A stretch of DNA of 64,000 nt from Gnetum montanum (lineage: Eukaryota > Plantae > Gnetophyta). Below, one piece after another: positions 24,436-38,299 of the stretch. The notes below the pieces were generated by a model. It searched no databases and was not told where the DNA came from. It saw only the letters and a program-made list of their open reading frames with translations. The first letter of the stretch is position 1; every line of letters begins with the position of its first letter. The translations under genes and the position numbers were made by a program. The DNA lies in contig MNCI01000255.1 in assembly GCA_015680685.1 (NCBI GenBank), positions 124,182 through 188,181 on the forward strand, in the 5' to 3' direction.

Positions 24436-26199
24436 TGGTGCACTGGAACCCTGATTAGGCTCCCGAAACTTAATCACAACGGCCTTCCTTAAAATAAACC
24501 CTATTTTGGAAAGAATTTTTGTTAAATATCTTTTCTTGATTCTTTTGTCAAAGGCTATAACTACATTATGTTATGTTTTAATAAACAAATAAATAGATAA
24601 AACGTTTGATATTGTTTTTTCTTCTTCTTCTTTTAGTTTCGTTTTCACTTTTGTGAGGTTTGATGTGCAAGTTTCTAAGGGAGCAGAAGAGGCAGAAGTT
24701 CAGGCGGAAACAGAGGGAAAAATCAAAACCGATAAAACCCTCCTCACAATTAGATGTAGGGGATTTGGCAGCCAGAAAAGGGAAATCCGAAGAATCTTTT
24801 CTTGGATTGTCTTACTAAATCAATCTTGGAGGTGCTTCTGGAAGGAGTTCAGTGAGTTGTGAATGGATCTGAGAGCTAGAAGTTGTAGACTTTTTTGAGG
24901 AGGTGTACTTCCTGGAGGCACGGGAAGATAAGCTTGTACAATCAACCGTCCATTTTGCTAATTAGATCTAGTGCTCAAATTTGAGCTAAGTCTTGCTAAA
25001 CCCTATTGTTTGTTATTGTGAGCTTTAATTTCTGTTGTATGATAAAGGTTTCAAATATAAAGCCTTTATTTGTATTTGAAGTTTATGAGCTTTTAGTTAC
25101 TTTAAACTTTCATTTGCTGAGCTTGTTTAATGAACAACCATTTTATTTTTCTGGTTAAGTTACCAATTCAAAGAGCTATTTCGTCTAAATTTCCTTGTTA
25201 AAGTTATTTAAAATTATCAATGTTATTTTACTTGATAAAACACCATGTGGCACTTTCCAACTGAGACTATTATCGAGTTTCTGTACCTGTACAAGAGGTG
25301 CCCTAGGCAATAGTCTCTTAAAATGAGCTTTTGTGGTTGTTGCTATATGACTAATATTTATGCATCAACAATGAGATTCTAAGATTTTTTTATCAAACAA
25401 TTAAAAAAAAATCTTCTTCTTCTAAAAATTTCCTTATTATTCCTTTTATTTGTGAACCTAGAGATCTCTGACCATACTCTATTATATCTATTATATGATT
25501 TTTTGTTCCTTTCATAGCATTCTACTTTTGCAAGAATAAAAGTCATTATTTATGATAGTCATTAATAAAGAAAACTACCATTTTATGATTAAAAAAGTTA
25601 AATTACACCTTCTCATAGGTAGGGCCTTAGATTATGGTTATTGGTTTTGTGAACAATTGATAAAAGGAGTGTTGATGTGGTTACAAGTGGCTAAATCACA
25701 TCTTTTACCTCTATATAATATTGTTCTACTTGCATTTCCTATGTGAAAGCTTAAGCTAATATAAAATTTGAAAATTTCACTTCAAATTCCCTTCAATATT
25801 AGCAACTGATTTCCTGTTATTGCAAGAAACTAAAATACAAAATAATTTAATTAGTTAATACTATTCCGATCTTGTATGCCTTATTTTACTTGATTTTACT
25901 TAGTTGCTCTCTTATTTTACTTTGTTTTTACCTAGTCTTACTTTTTTTTTACCTCATTTAATCATCATTGGCCCTAGTTTACCTTGTAGTGACCTTGTAT
26001 GATCTCACTTTACCTTATTCTACCCTGCTTAGCATTATTTTACTATGTGTTGGATCTTAGTTTTGCTCTGCATTGCTCTGTTGTTGCAGTGCTTTTGCAT
26101 TATTTTAACATTGTTTAACAACTATGTTACATAGATGCCACTTAATATGCTATTGGTTGAACTACAAGGTTTGAACATGGATATATGAACACCTCTAAA

Positions 26200-29100
26200 C
26201 CTGTTTGGATCCTATGGCGATGTTGAATGATCATTTGAGCTCAAATGCTTAGATTTTGTGTCTGGAAACCTCTTCAACCATATAGCCTCAATAGAGAAAG
26301 CCTTAGAGTGGCTAGAGTACGTTGTTAAGACTCTCAACTTAGAGGCCAAAGACATCACGAAAGGCTCTCTAGTTGAAATTTCTATTATAATGCATAACGA
26401 TGAGGAGAAAACACTAAAACTAAGTTCCTCACTTGAATCTCAGTAGACTCAAGACATTACTAAACTCCTCTAGGATAACATTAAAACCTTTGCATGGTCA
26501 TACAAAGACATGCTAGGTCTTGATCCATGCCTAGTACAACACAACATCATACTCAATCCTAGTATCAAACTAGTTAAGCAAAAGGTTTGCAAGATTAGAC
26601 TAAATTTAGCTTTGGCGATTCATGAAGAAATCATGAAAATTGTATTAAGCTAGTTTCATTCAAGTTGTTGATTATGCAAATTGGGTGTCCAACATAGTGG
26701 TGGTCCTTAAGAAAATGGGAGTACATGTATTTGCATCGATTTCTGAGATCTTAATAAGGCAACTATTAAAGATGATTTTTTGTTGCCTAGTATTGATCAA
26801 CTCATCAATACTATGGCTGGAAATGCCCTATTATCCTTTATGGATGGATTATTGAGATACAACCAAGTTAGGATCAACCTAAAGCCTCAGTTGTATACAA
26901 CCTTCATGACCCCTTGGGGAACCTACTATTATACCATGATGCCATTTAATCTAAAGAATGTGGGTGCAACCTATCAATGAGCTATGACCTAGATATTCAG
27001 TGATTACATGCTAGGGTTACTTAATGATTATGTTGATGACATGGAAATCAAGAACAAAATGGTTGATGATCATGCACATGACCTTGACTTAGTTCTCAAA
27101 TGATGTCTCAAATACAAACTTAGGCTTAATTCTAAGAACTGTGTCTTTTGCATCAAAACTGAAAAGATGCTTGGCTTTGTAGTGTCCAAAGTAGGGATAC
27201 ATGTCAATCTTAATATGGTTAAGGCCATAACTATGACATCCCATTCCCAGATGTCATGAAAAATGTCAAATATATGTTATATTAGACATTATGTGTAAGA
27301 AAACAATATATCAAATGTCAAATATATGTAACATTTAACATTATGTGTAAAAAAATGATAAGGAAAATGCAGAAGAAAAGAGGAGAGAATGCTTTATTGA
27401 TGTGAAATAATGTATTTAGATCATGCTTTAAGAGTGTTCCTTGGGATTTTCTTCCTTTGACATCTTTCACTTTGAGGAAATCTAGCACTACCATCATGGT
27501 TAGGCCTATCATCTACAAGAAGCGATGACTAGTCCTCTTCTTATCCTACTTCACTTGGCTTTCATTACTCACCTTTACTAGCTCTGTAACTGCATGCTAG
27601 CATGACCTCTAAGCCCAAGTATAAATGCCTTAGGTCAAACCCCCAAAGGTCACCTTGAGAGACACATTTGTGATTACAATGCACCCTTTTAGGTCTCAAT
27701 TACAACATGCCCTTTCGTGTCTCAATTACAACATATCCTTTTGGGTCTTGTTATGATAATGATAACATTTGTTATGTTGAGGCACCATCTTCGTTATGAA
27801 ACAATACCATTTGGAATGGGGACATTACAATAACCAACTTGGTAGTGCTAACCAACCTTAAGGAGCTTTGGAAACTGCAAGGTAAATTATAATTTATTCA
27901 TATATTCTTGTTAAGGCTTATAGATAAACTACAATCCATGCAACACTTCCTCTTTAGGAGCCAAGTTAATATCATATGCGCTCAATGCCAAAAAGCCTTT
28001 CAAAACCTTAAGCAAGATTTGGCACAGCTACCCATGATCTATCCATCGCAAAAGGATAAACCTTTTTACATTTACCTTATTATCTTTGACACATCCATTG
28101 CCTCTTTACTCTATTAAAATGGAGATGATGGAGTAGAATTTCTACTATACTACCTAAGTCATGCATTAATTGTCTATGAGACTTGATACACCAAAGTTGA
28201 GAAGTATTGTCTAGCCTTAGTTTTCTCATTGAAGAAGTGAAGACACTACCTCTTTAGGAGCCAAGTTAATATCATATGCAAGGACAATATACTAAGAGCC
28301 ATAACGACCAACATTTATGAAAGTAGTTGGATAGCCCATTGGAAAGTCATAACAAATGAATTTGACCTACATTACATCTCTCAAGCCTCAACCAAAGGCC
28401 AAGATATAGCCACACAACTCATAGTTTTTCCAATTGAAGACAATGTAACCATAGACCTTGAATTCCCTAATGTGCATGTCAACATTGCTAATGAGATGCC
28501 CGAGGGTTATGAGACTATCATGCATTTTGATGGAGCTTCAACTGCCCATGGGGCTAGTGCTACTGCCATCATAACATCATCTTACAGTGAGATCCAACTT
28601 TTTTCTTATCATTTTTAATTCTCATGTCCCAACAGTGTGGTGGAGTATGAAGGATTAATCAAAGGAATGATGGTAGCTCATAGCAAAGGAATCAAATGAT
28701 TGATGATAAAAAATGATTCACAACTTGTGGTTAACCAAGTAACTGAGGTTTATGCATGTAAAGCAAAATATTTACAATCTTATTGTGACCTAGCTAAGAA
28801 ACTCATGCAACAATTTCCACATGTGGGCATGCAACATATACCTCGAACTAAGAACACCTTATCTTATGCCATTGCAACCTTAGCCCTAAGTGTGAGGCCA
28901 TATGCTCTTAGCAAGATAACTTCTTTAATAGAAAACTATGCACTTCCCATCACATAAATCAAGGACATCTCCATAGCCACTATTGACACTACCCCTCAAA
29001 GAGAGTGGTATGACAATATCAAGTTTTACCTAACACATGGTGAACCTCCATAGAACCTGACTACTTCTCAAAAGGATGCTATACTTAAAAGATCAAAATA

Positions 29101-30192
29101 ATATGTCATTGTAGTTGATAACACACAATGTCAAAGGTCCTATGATGGCATATTGTCAGTGTGCTTGGGTAAAACTAAAGCTTGCACAATCCTTGAGGAA
29201 GATCATGAAGGGGTACGTGGAGGGCATATAGGACCTAGAGCCATGGCTACAAAGATTAGAAAATTAGGATACTATTGGCCCCATATGAAATGTGATTTCC
29301 TACAGAAGGTTAAGACTTGTGATTCCTATCAACAACATAGTAACTTAGTACACGTGCTACCAATGGGATTACACACTACCCAAATCACCTAGTCATTCCA
29401 ATGATGGAAAATAAACATGATTGGACCAATGATGCCTAAGTCTTCCATAGGGCATAGCTTCATCATCATTGCAATTGAATAGTTTACAAAGTGAATTAAG
29501 GCTATCCCTCTAAGGAAAAGAACATCTCAACAAGTCTATAAATTCATATTAGACAATATAGTGTTTCATTTTGGCATACCTCTGGCCATAGTCACAGATA
29601 ATGGACCATAATTTAGTAGCCAAGAAATGCAAGCCTTTTGTCAAGAACTAAGCATTAAACATTCTTTTCATTACCATATTATCCACAAGCTAATGGGCAA
29701 GCCAAAGCTAGCAACAAGGTCATCATAAACTTTCTTAAGAAGATGTTAAACAATAGCATATGTAACTAGCATGAATGACTTATACATGCACTATGGGCCT
29801 ATAGAAAAACCTTTAGGACTACAATGAGTGCCACTTTGTATAGCCTTATTGAAGCTATTATGCCTCTTAACTTGTAGATTCCATCACTAAGGGTAGCTCT
29901 ATTTGACTTCATCAGTGGAAGAGTAGCAAATACAAGTGCTTCCTCACATCGAACAATATCAAAAGAGGCAAAAAAATAGCATCATCATAATCCGAATAGA
30001 CCAAAAGTTAAGGAAGGAGACCTTATTCTTAATGTTCATCATGAACATGTAGATAAGTTCTCAACCAATTGGAAAGGATCTTTCTTGGTTACAAAAGCCT
30101 ACAATAATGGAGCATTTAGATTGGTAGATATGAATGAGAATGAATTGGCCAATCTAGTCAACCATTTCTATCTCAAACCTTATTATGTCTAA
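26200..30192 (+). pseudogene. Tat/Ogre pol: RT, RNase H, additional archaeal-type RNase H (aRH) and integrase, decayed
   Basis: FAWSYKDM, LPSIDQL, MPFNLKNVGATYQ, YVDDM (~27029). aRH MHFDGAS..EYEGLI..DSQLVVNQV (28520-28800). INT HEGVRGGH..GYYWP, DNG, YPQANGQA. Ends in YYV*. Confidence 0.9.
27232..27829. mobile_element. Solo LTR (598 bp) inserted in the Tat pol, 5-bp TSD ATAAC
   Basis: ATAAC at 27227-27231 and 27830-27834. Termini TATGACATCCCATTCC...GGAATGGGGACATTACA. The pol frame (VKAIT|NL..KELWKLQGK) is restored when the insert is removed. Confidence 0.85.
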
Positions 30193-31297
30193 TGCTAGCC
30201 TATTTTTTCCTGTAGTCCTTGTATGTTTTGTTTGTAGGTACGAATGAATGATGGATACTAATAACTCTTGTGACCTACAACAAGCAAGCCTATGTGACAT
30301 CTTATCTTTTTTTTTCTTTTTGGCATAACAAATGAATTGCAAAACTTTGTAAAATTTGTGAAAAAAAAATATAGATTCCTCATGTTGTACCATTTATAAC
30401 CTATGATGGCACATATTTTACTTACTATTTCATGTGGCCTTAAGAAATCTCTTGTAATAATATGTATTAGTTGTCTTGTTTCCTTATCCTCTTGGATTTG
30501 TGATTATAGAATGAAGCTTCAAGTGATCATGAAGGTTCAACTCATCGTAGCAATAAGTTATCATGTGATCTTGATGCATGAGATTCAATTAGCTTGTCCA
30601 ACTATGTCAAGAGTTCTTACCTCACATCACTTCTATTACCTCTTTTGAACCATGTTCCCATAGCCAAAGTACACTATTCCTTATCCTAAATAATAATGAA
30701 AATTAATGTTTGACATTCATGCACCATGGTCATGTGACATACTTCTCTACATGCTTCACAGATCAAGTTCGTTGAGTGTATCATATCTCATTCAACAAGA
30801 GAATAAAGTAGAATCTGGCATACTCCACTAATCAAGTTCACTAGATGTAACACATCTTCTTTAGTAAGAAAAAAAAATTTAGCCTTGACAATGGAACCTA
30901 ATGAATTTTTCACACCTAAAAGAATAGAAGAAAAAAAAGGGGAAGAAGATGCCAAGAAAGAAAAGAGGCCAATGAAGACTAATGTAAAATAAATGACTCC
31001 AAACCAAAAATGAAAAGAGCCTAATGACCAAAGAGGCCTAAGGATGGAGTGTTAGTTCCTCCAAAACATTGTTGAGTAACTAGCATTTCAAACATGAAGC
31101 ATGAAGACCTTTAGCAAGTTCACATAGCATAATCATATCATTACCATGATGTTGACATTTGGAATTCCTTGTTAGCCAAAATGACCATGCCTCATTAATC
31201 ACTATAATCATTGATCCCATCCCAAACTCTTGACATTTCATCATGACCTTCTTTCACCATCATGAGCACTCCCGAATCAAGTGTGGAGAGAGAGCAT

Positions 31298-32389
31298 TAG
31301 TCATGAACCTATAGTGGTGCCTCACATTCTTTGTTGATGTCCCTTAGGTCAATCCTCAAAACATCAACAGAGAGGAACCAATGAAACATTCCAAAGAAAT
31401 TCATATTATAATGCAGGACCAAAAGTCTTTCTAACTTGGTGGAAAAATAAAGGCAGATACAATTGCCTTATTTCCCCACTAATGCTAGCGTCATGGCCTC
31501 ATGTTATCGATAATGATGCTAGCATCGTTACCTCATGTTACTAACAATGATGCCAGCATCATTACCTCATGTTACTAACAATGAAATTAGCATTATTATC
31601 TCATGTCATTGACAATGACATTAGTAATTGTTACCTCATGTCACTGATGCTCAAAATGACACTAGTGTTATGGTCTTCATGGTATTGATGTTGACGCTAA
31701 CATCATGACTTCATGGTACCAACGTTGATGTTAACATCTTGGCCTAATGGTACTAAAACTAATGCTAACATTGGATGTTGCATGTAGATGTTGTAGGTAT
31801 GATAGAATTTGCTAGAAATTTGCAACAATCATGATAGAAACAATTAGCAACAACCTACTTCATCATAGGAACTTTTGGCATTTGACACTTACATCGAACG
31901 TAAGATTTTTGAGTAGTGTAGGCACCCAATAGTCCATGGCAACCAACATTACTCTCTCATAACATAAACCACCAGAGTATATAACCAAAGCTAAGGAATA
32001 GATCTATGTGGATACATTTCCCTATGGGAATATCAGAGCTTAATGATGATATTGCATCTTTGGGTTTTCTAAAATCCATAATCTAGATCTCCTAAACCTT
32101 TGCTTGTAACATTTCATTTTACAACATTAATATCAAAGTTGTAGTTTTGCCTTTATTTTGTCATTTTTCTATTCTGGTATTTCACAATGTATCTTAAATT
32201 AAAGATGATTTATTTGCACTTTTTATTTTATTTTTTGTATTACCCGATAACAGACATTTAAGTCCTCAAGTGATCTACTAGACTAGTTGAGATGCTCGTA
32301 GATCCTTTTTGAGGCTTATGGATTTGTAGGTTTAAACTATTTTGATAGGGATCTTTGGCCCTTTAGCATCAAAATTTTCCATTAGTACA
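31298..32389 (+). repeat. 3' LTR of Tat element A (contains a ~34-bp degenerate tandem array at ~31480-31770)
   Basis: Preceded by PPT GGAGAGAGAGCA and ends ..CATTAGTACA. Homologous to 43179-44259 (minus). Confidence 0.75.
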
Positions 32390-35300
32390 GTACCAGAGTT
32401 GAAGAACAACATAAAATTGATGTGCTTTTGTGGACAAAGCAATTTTAAATTAGGAAACTTATTCAACCCTCTTTCTAAGTTCTCTATCCTCAAGTAGTAT
32501 GGAAGCCCAACACTCTCAAGCTTATGCTTCAAATTTCAAGAGTAAACTATGGATGGGACATCTTATATAAAGCCAGCAATGTTTGATGGGTTTGACTTTG
32601 CATATTGGATGTTAAGGATGTAAGGCTTCTCTGAGTCTATGAAATTTGAAGTGTGGGAGTCAATCCCCTAAGGCTACACATCGCTCATCGATAGCAACTC
32701 AAAAGCTCTTAAGCCATAGAACAAATGGATTACTAAAGAAAAAGATAAGTTCATGTATGACTTTAAAGACAAAAATTGTTTATATTGTAAGATTTCTAAG
32801 GAAATATTGGAAACCTTAGGGCTACTTATGAGGGCATGTCCATAGTTACATAATCAAAACTCTTAGTATTGCAAAGCGAATATGACAAGCTTAGAATGAA
32901 AGAAGGAGAAAATATTAAGGATTACTTCACTAGGGCAAATGATCTTGTTGTATTTATTAGGGAAATAGGTTAGAACTTTCCAGAAAGAGATGTAATTATA
33001 AAAATGATTAGAACTTTACAGCCTAAGTTCAGATCCAAGGCCATTGTTATGAAATAAATCAGTAACTTTTCAGTGCTCAAATTTGAGGAGCTTCAAAGTG
33101 TTGTAATTGCTTATAAGATGAATCTCATAAGTGTTGGAGAGATAAAAGAAAAGCCTATTGATGTAAAATCAGCATCAAGAGAAAAGGAGCTAATTGAATA
33201 AGAAATAAATAGCAAAGATGAAATAGCTTTCCTATCAAGAAGAGTTCAAAGACTTCTTACAAATTCAATCAACCAAGCCCTAATTAATCCAAAGATAATG
33301 AGAATGGTGAAAATTCTACAAATTCAAATTTTGAAGCATGTTCCATACAATGTTGGGTATGTGGTGGAAGAGGCCATGTGGCCTTTGAATGTTCTAGCAT
33401 TGGTAGGTTGCAATGGAGAGATAAAAATGAAGCTAATTTGAAAAAGAAAAACTTTTACACTAGCTAGGACAATGGAGAAAAAAGTGAGAAAGAGGTAGAT
33501 AATACTATAAAGGACTCACATCTCATTTTCATGGCTCTTACAAATGATGATTACCCAACCACAGAAGAGGACCAAGTAATTGAAATTGATGAGGAAAGGT
33601 ATGATCTTTTGTGCAATGAACTATTATCCTTCCAAAATATTTGTATAAAGCTAAAGAAGGTTGTCAAAGAAAAAGATTAATATTTATCTCTAATTAATGC
33701 AATACATTTCGACCTCTTACAAGAAAACTTAGACCTAAGGACTAAGAGAAAAAATTAACATTATCTTATGAACAGATTGAAAATGAACTTATATATACCA
33801 AATTGGTGAATGAAAGACTAGTCAAAGTGAAAGAATTTCTTTGCATCATGTTGGGACAAGGAAGAGGTCCACACGATAAAAGTGGACTAGGATGCTACCA
33901 ACAAGAAGAAACATTAACACAAAATTCATCCAAACAAGAGATTACTCCAAAGATTGAAGTGTCAATTGGCAATACATCCAGACAAAGAGCACCTCCAAGA
34001 TTTGATCACTCTAGCTAGAATAATAGGATTAGATGTTATTATTAAAATATATTTAGGCATACACAATGGAATTGTAATTCAAAATATTATCACATGAATG
34101 CATGGTCATATAATAAGACTTCTTGGTCTTACCAAAATGCACCTAGAAAGGAATTCTTACGGACAAGAAGAAATGGAGGACAAATCAAAAGGGCAAGAAG
34201 AAGAAAAAGGTGTGAAGAATTAAACAAAAGGAAGAAAGTGAAAGAATCTTCATCAACAATTTTGTGGAAGAAAGCTAAACATTATAAATAGAAGAAATTT
34301 ATATGAAAGGAGGAACCTTGAAAGAAGAACCTCATTCTCAAGCTCCTTTAACATCTTCATCTCCATCAGCAAGCAAGGTAACTAGAGGTAAGTCTTCATC
34401 TCATTTAAAATTTCTTTTAAGAGTACAATCCATGGCAGTTATCCCCTAAACCTTTCCTTGCATGAGATGTCTACCTATAAACATCTAACATTAGATGTCT
34501 ACATAGAAGGATAGACATCTACATCATAAGTTAGACATCTATCTCAATTTTAAATAGACATGACATAAATGTCTACTAGTTCAGATAGATATCTATCTTT
34601 TCATAAAAATCCTCAATGATCATGATTACATAAATTCAACATTTTATTTTTCCCTCATTTTTCCACATACAAGCATAGACGACTAAGGGTAGATGACCAA
34701 GGCTTCTTCAATAGTGACAATTTATGCATTTTCTCTTAAATTAATGGCTCATAAGAAGATTACGATGTTCAAGGATCCTCTTAGAAGATATAAGTCGAAG
34801 GGAGCATCTTCTACCACTTCAAATTCCTATACTCCTCAATTTCACTCCATTAATGCTTAGCACAAATTTGAGGTACCTTGTTATGTTACCGTTATTTCTA
34901 AGAGATTTCTTTGTTTACAGCAATAATGTCAGAAGGAACATGGATTCTTGTCAAGTATTGAACTAGGTGACCTTTATTTCTATGAACTTTTGTGTCCCTA
35001 AAATTTTCATTAGGAATTTTATAGCAATAATGTTATTTCAAATGCTAGTGTTGCTGCTTTTACTTCTACTATTAAGAGACTCTTGATTGAAGTCACCCCT
35101 CAAGTTTTCAATGCCATCTTTGGAATTTCTAGTTCTAATGTTCATAGCATTACTATTCATTCCATGACTAACATATTCACAAATGGTGTAATCTATATTT
35201 TTCACAATGATTTTCATGATGCTTTATTTGGTTAGTCTATGTCTTTACATGGTAGGAAAGTATTTAGAAGTCAAATGGCTTTAAATGCTTCCACCCTCTC

Positions 35301-37929
35301 ATTTTTTTGTATAATATTATTATAAAAGGAGGAAGTTACAGCTACTTATTGTTAGCCCAAGCCTTTCTTCTTTATTATCTACTCACTAGGTAGCTACTAG
35401 ACTTGGGTCATATCCTATGCAGAGACATGTTAGGTCTCTTTACAAAGGAGAGAGTCTATAAGCATCCTCGTCTCATCAATTTGTTCATCCATCAAAGAGG
35501 TGTTCTTATTCTTAATATGTCTTTTCTTAAAGGCATGAGGAGCCTTGATGAGTATTCAAAGAAGAGGATCTCCACCCATGTTGAGGTAGCAGAACCTAGC
35601 ACCAAGCCACAAAAGTCAAGGAAGAAGGTATTTGAATTACCATCTTGGGCTTCTCCTTAGTTAAGAAGGTCCAAATTAGTTGGTGGCTAGAGGAGATCCA
35701 CTCTCAAGAAGCTTTTCAAGACTTTTTCTTGTACATTTGGGATGATTGATAGGAACCTCTCTTACCTTCATAAGAGAATGGATGTAGCTGGAGTACCTCT
35801 TCCTCTGGATGGACAATAGTTTGAAGAGATCACCACTACTCCAATATCAAATTGTTAGGAGGACATTCCAACTCTAGCTAGATACTTAGTAGCTGTTAGT
35901 CCTTGCCAAGCATATGACTCGAGAAATGCATTTAATTCAGAGGATCTTGATTTAGCACCTACACAAGTCTAGGGGAAGATTTCTAATCCTATGCAACCTA
36001 GACTCAGTTCTCTCCATCATGATGATGCTCCACAGACATTTGAGCAGCAAGCCATGGAGAGCATTTTTGGGCCTTCTTCTTAGTGGAGACCAATTGACCC
36101 CATTACATATCAGAGGAAGGGTACTTCCTCATCTTCGCAATAGGATCCATCTCATCTATCCACTTTATCCTAGTTTCAAGTAAAGGTTTGTTCTAGGAGA
36201 CCTCTAGTTCACATTCCATCATAAAATGATGATGATGATGAACAACACACCTCTAGTGCTAACATCAGTAGTGATGATGATGAGGAAGAGACATACAAGG
36301 CTTCTCATGTAGCAACTACTTCTGATAATGAGTTTGATGATTCCATCGATATTAGTGACTAGGTTCTCTTATTGGTCCCTCCTTTTGGATGATGTCCAAA
36401 AAGGAGGAGAATTTTGTGGACATATGTGGATTTATGGATTTTTTGGACAATTGTATACAGTTGTATATGGATATATGAATATGTATTTTGGCCTTTGTAT
36501 GTGATGTTGGACAACATATGATAACATTATTATTAATCATGTTTATGTCTATGGATAGCTATATTGGTAGCATGATATATTATGAGATAGGTTTGGAATT
36601 TGGATAGTTTATGAAAACTTCCTTGTGTTATCTATTTTTTCTTTAACCCATTTCCATGAACCTTTTATCCCTATCCCAATGTTACCCTTAGCTACCATTG
36701 AAATTTATAAGTCTTAAATGCTTTTATTAATTATCATTTAATTTATGTGTTATGAATGGTACTAACCCATATTCTTAAATTTTGGACATTATTAAATAGG
36801 GGAAGATTGTTAACCATTTTGGTATGTCAGAACCTTAAGGAAAATGATGTAGAATGTATGTGTGATTATGATTTTGTGGGGCCATGAATAAGAACTTCAC
36901 ACGAAGATCTAAGATTTCAAGAAAATGAGATCTACGTTGAGATGACAAAATGAAGACTACATGGACAAGATGAGAGCATGGATGAAAATGGAATCTACAA
37001 GTTATACTAAGGTGTTTCAAAGATTGCCAAGATCTTAAATTAAAAAGGGAATTCCTCAAAATCCAAAGTGAAAAAGTGAAGTATATGTCTTCAAAAAAAA
37101 AGAGATGTCTATATCAAATAGTAGACATCTATAGGTAGACATCTCCATTTTCAAATAGATGTCTTTCTTACATTAAGGACTATCTCAAATAGACATCTAA
37201 AATTCAAAGTAGATGTCTATACTAGTGGTTTAGTAGCCATTGCATGAATTTTGAGGAGTTTTCAAAAACTTTGATGTTATAAGATAATGCAAAAACCTTG
37301 GGAATTGTGCAAGCACTGTTCACACAAAGACTTATCATTGCCTATTTTGTTTTGCTCTTCATTGTAACATCATTTTCCTGTTGTACTTGTACAGAGCTTC
37401 AATTACTAGGATCTGTAAATTTAGTTACACTCTCTCCTTGTTCTTTTCTTTCTTTCTTGTAGCCCTAAAAGGTTGATGTGCTTCTTATGAGAATACATCC
37501 TTGTTGAGCTTATCAAGATCCTATAGGATTGAGTGATTTTGTGATGTTAAAACATTCTGGTGTAGAGCTCAATTTTGTAAAGGTTTTTGGGATCCCATAA
37601 ACCACATTTTGAGCTTGTCAAGACCTTGCGAGATCAAGTGGATTTATAGTGATAAAGCACTATAGAGAGGAGCTCAAATCTTGTACATGGTGTGGTACCC
37701 TTTAAACCACCTTTTAAAGGAACAAAGTCCTAAGGTGTGCATGGATTTTACCCTCTACGTGTGGACATACCCAAGTTGGAGAACCATATAAAATTAGTGT
37801 GTCTTTGTGGCAGGAGTAATTTTAAATTGGGAAACTTAGAAGAACTATGTAAAATTAGTGTGTTTTTGTTGCAGGAGTAGTTTAAATTGGGGAACTTATT
37901 TAACCTCCCTTCTAAGTTCTCAATCCACA
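32390..37929 (+). mobile_element. SIRE-like copia copy 2, non-autonomous (gag plus extra ORF, no pol)
   Basis: 5' LTR tail 32390-32492. Decayed Met PBS at 32495. gag from 32549 with a CCHC knuckle QCWVCGGRGHVAFEC (~33348). PPT GGGGAAGAT then 3' LTR 36808-37929. Homologous to copy 1. Confidence 0.8.
34744..36360 (+). pseudogene. SIRE extra (env-like / putative plant transposon protein, Transposase_32-like) ORF, decayed
   Basis: EFYSN...STIKRLLIEVTPQVFNAIFGI and LLYYL...LDLGHIL...HPRLINLF...GV motifs, followed by an acidic low-complexity tail. Confidence 0.65.
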
Positions 37930-38299
37930 CTAAGTGTTATAGGAAGATGATCCAAGAGTGTTATAGTGTACCAACCATTCCATGAATAAAGTTTGCTATT
38001 ATTTCTTTTCTTATTAATTCCATATTCATTCACCATTACTTTCCAATTTGAATATGCAATCAAGTTATTTTTACGCAATGCAATGATTTTATGCAACAGA
38101 TGATCATATTTCATCGACATCCAAAAATGGGATGTCACATTTGGGATTAGAGAAAACCATGATTTAAGAGCCAATGTTAAAGAAAATAAGAAATATTATT
38201 AAATGTTATTTATTAATATAAGAATGATGTATATCAAGAAGAGAAATATGGAAAGTATGAAGATGATGAAAAGATGGGAAATCAATCATCCAATTTAAG

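Larger units (their letters stand above)
8629..32389 (+). mobile_element. Tat/Ogre-like Ty3/gypsy element A (possibly one element bracketing cargo): LTR tail, PBS, gag, PR, antisense gene, host island, RT-RH-aRH-INT, 3' LTR
   Basis: LTR tail 8629-8766 matches 32252-32389, including an identical AGACATTTAAGTCCTCAAGTGATCTAC. All coding parts are on + in canonical order. That this is a single element is an inference. Confidence 0.55.
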
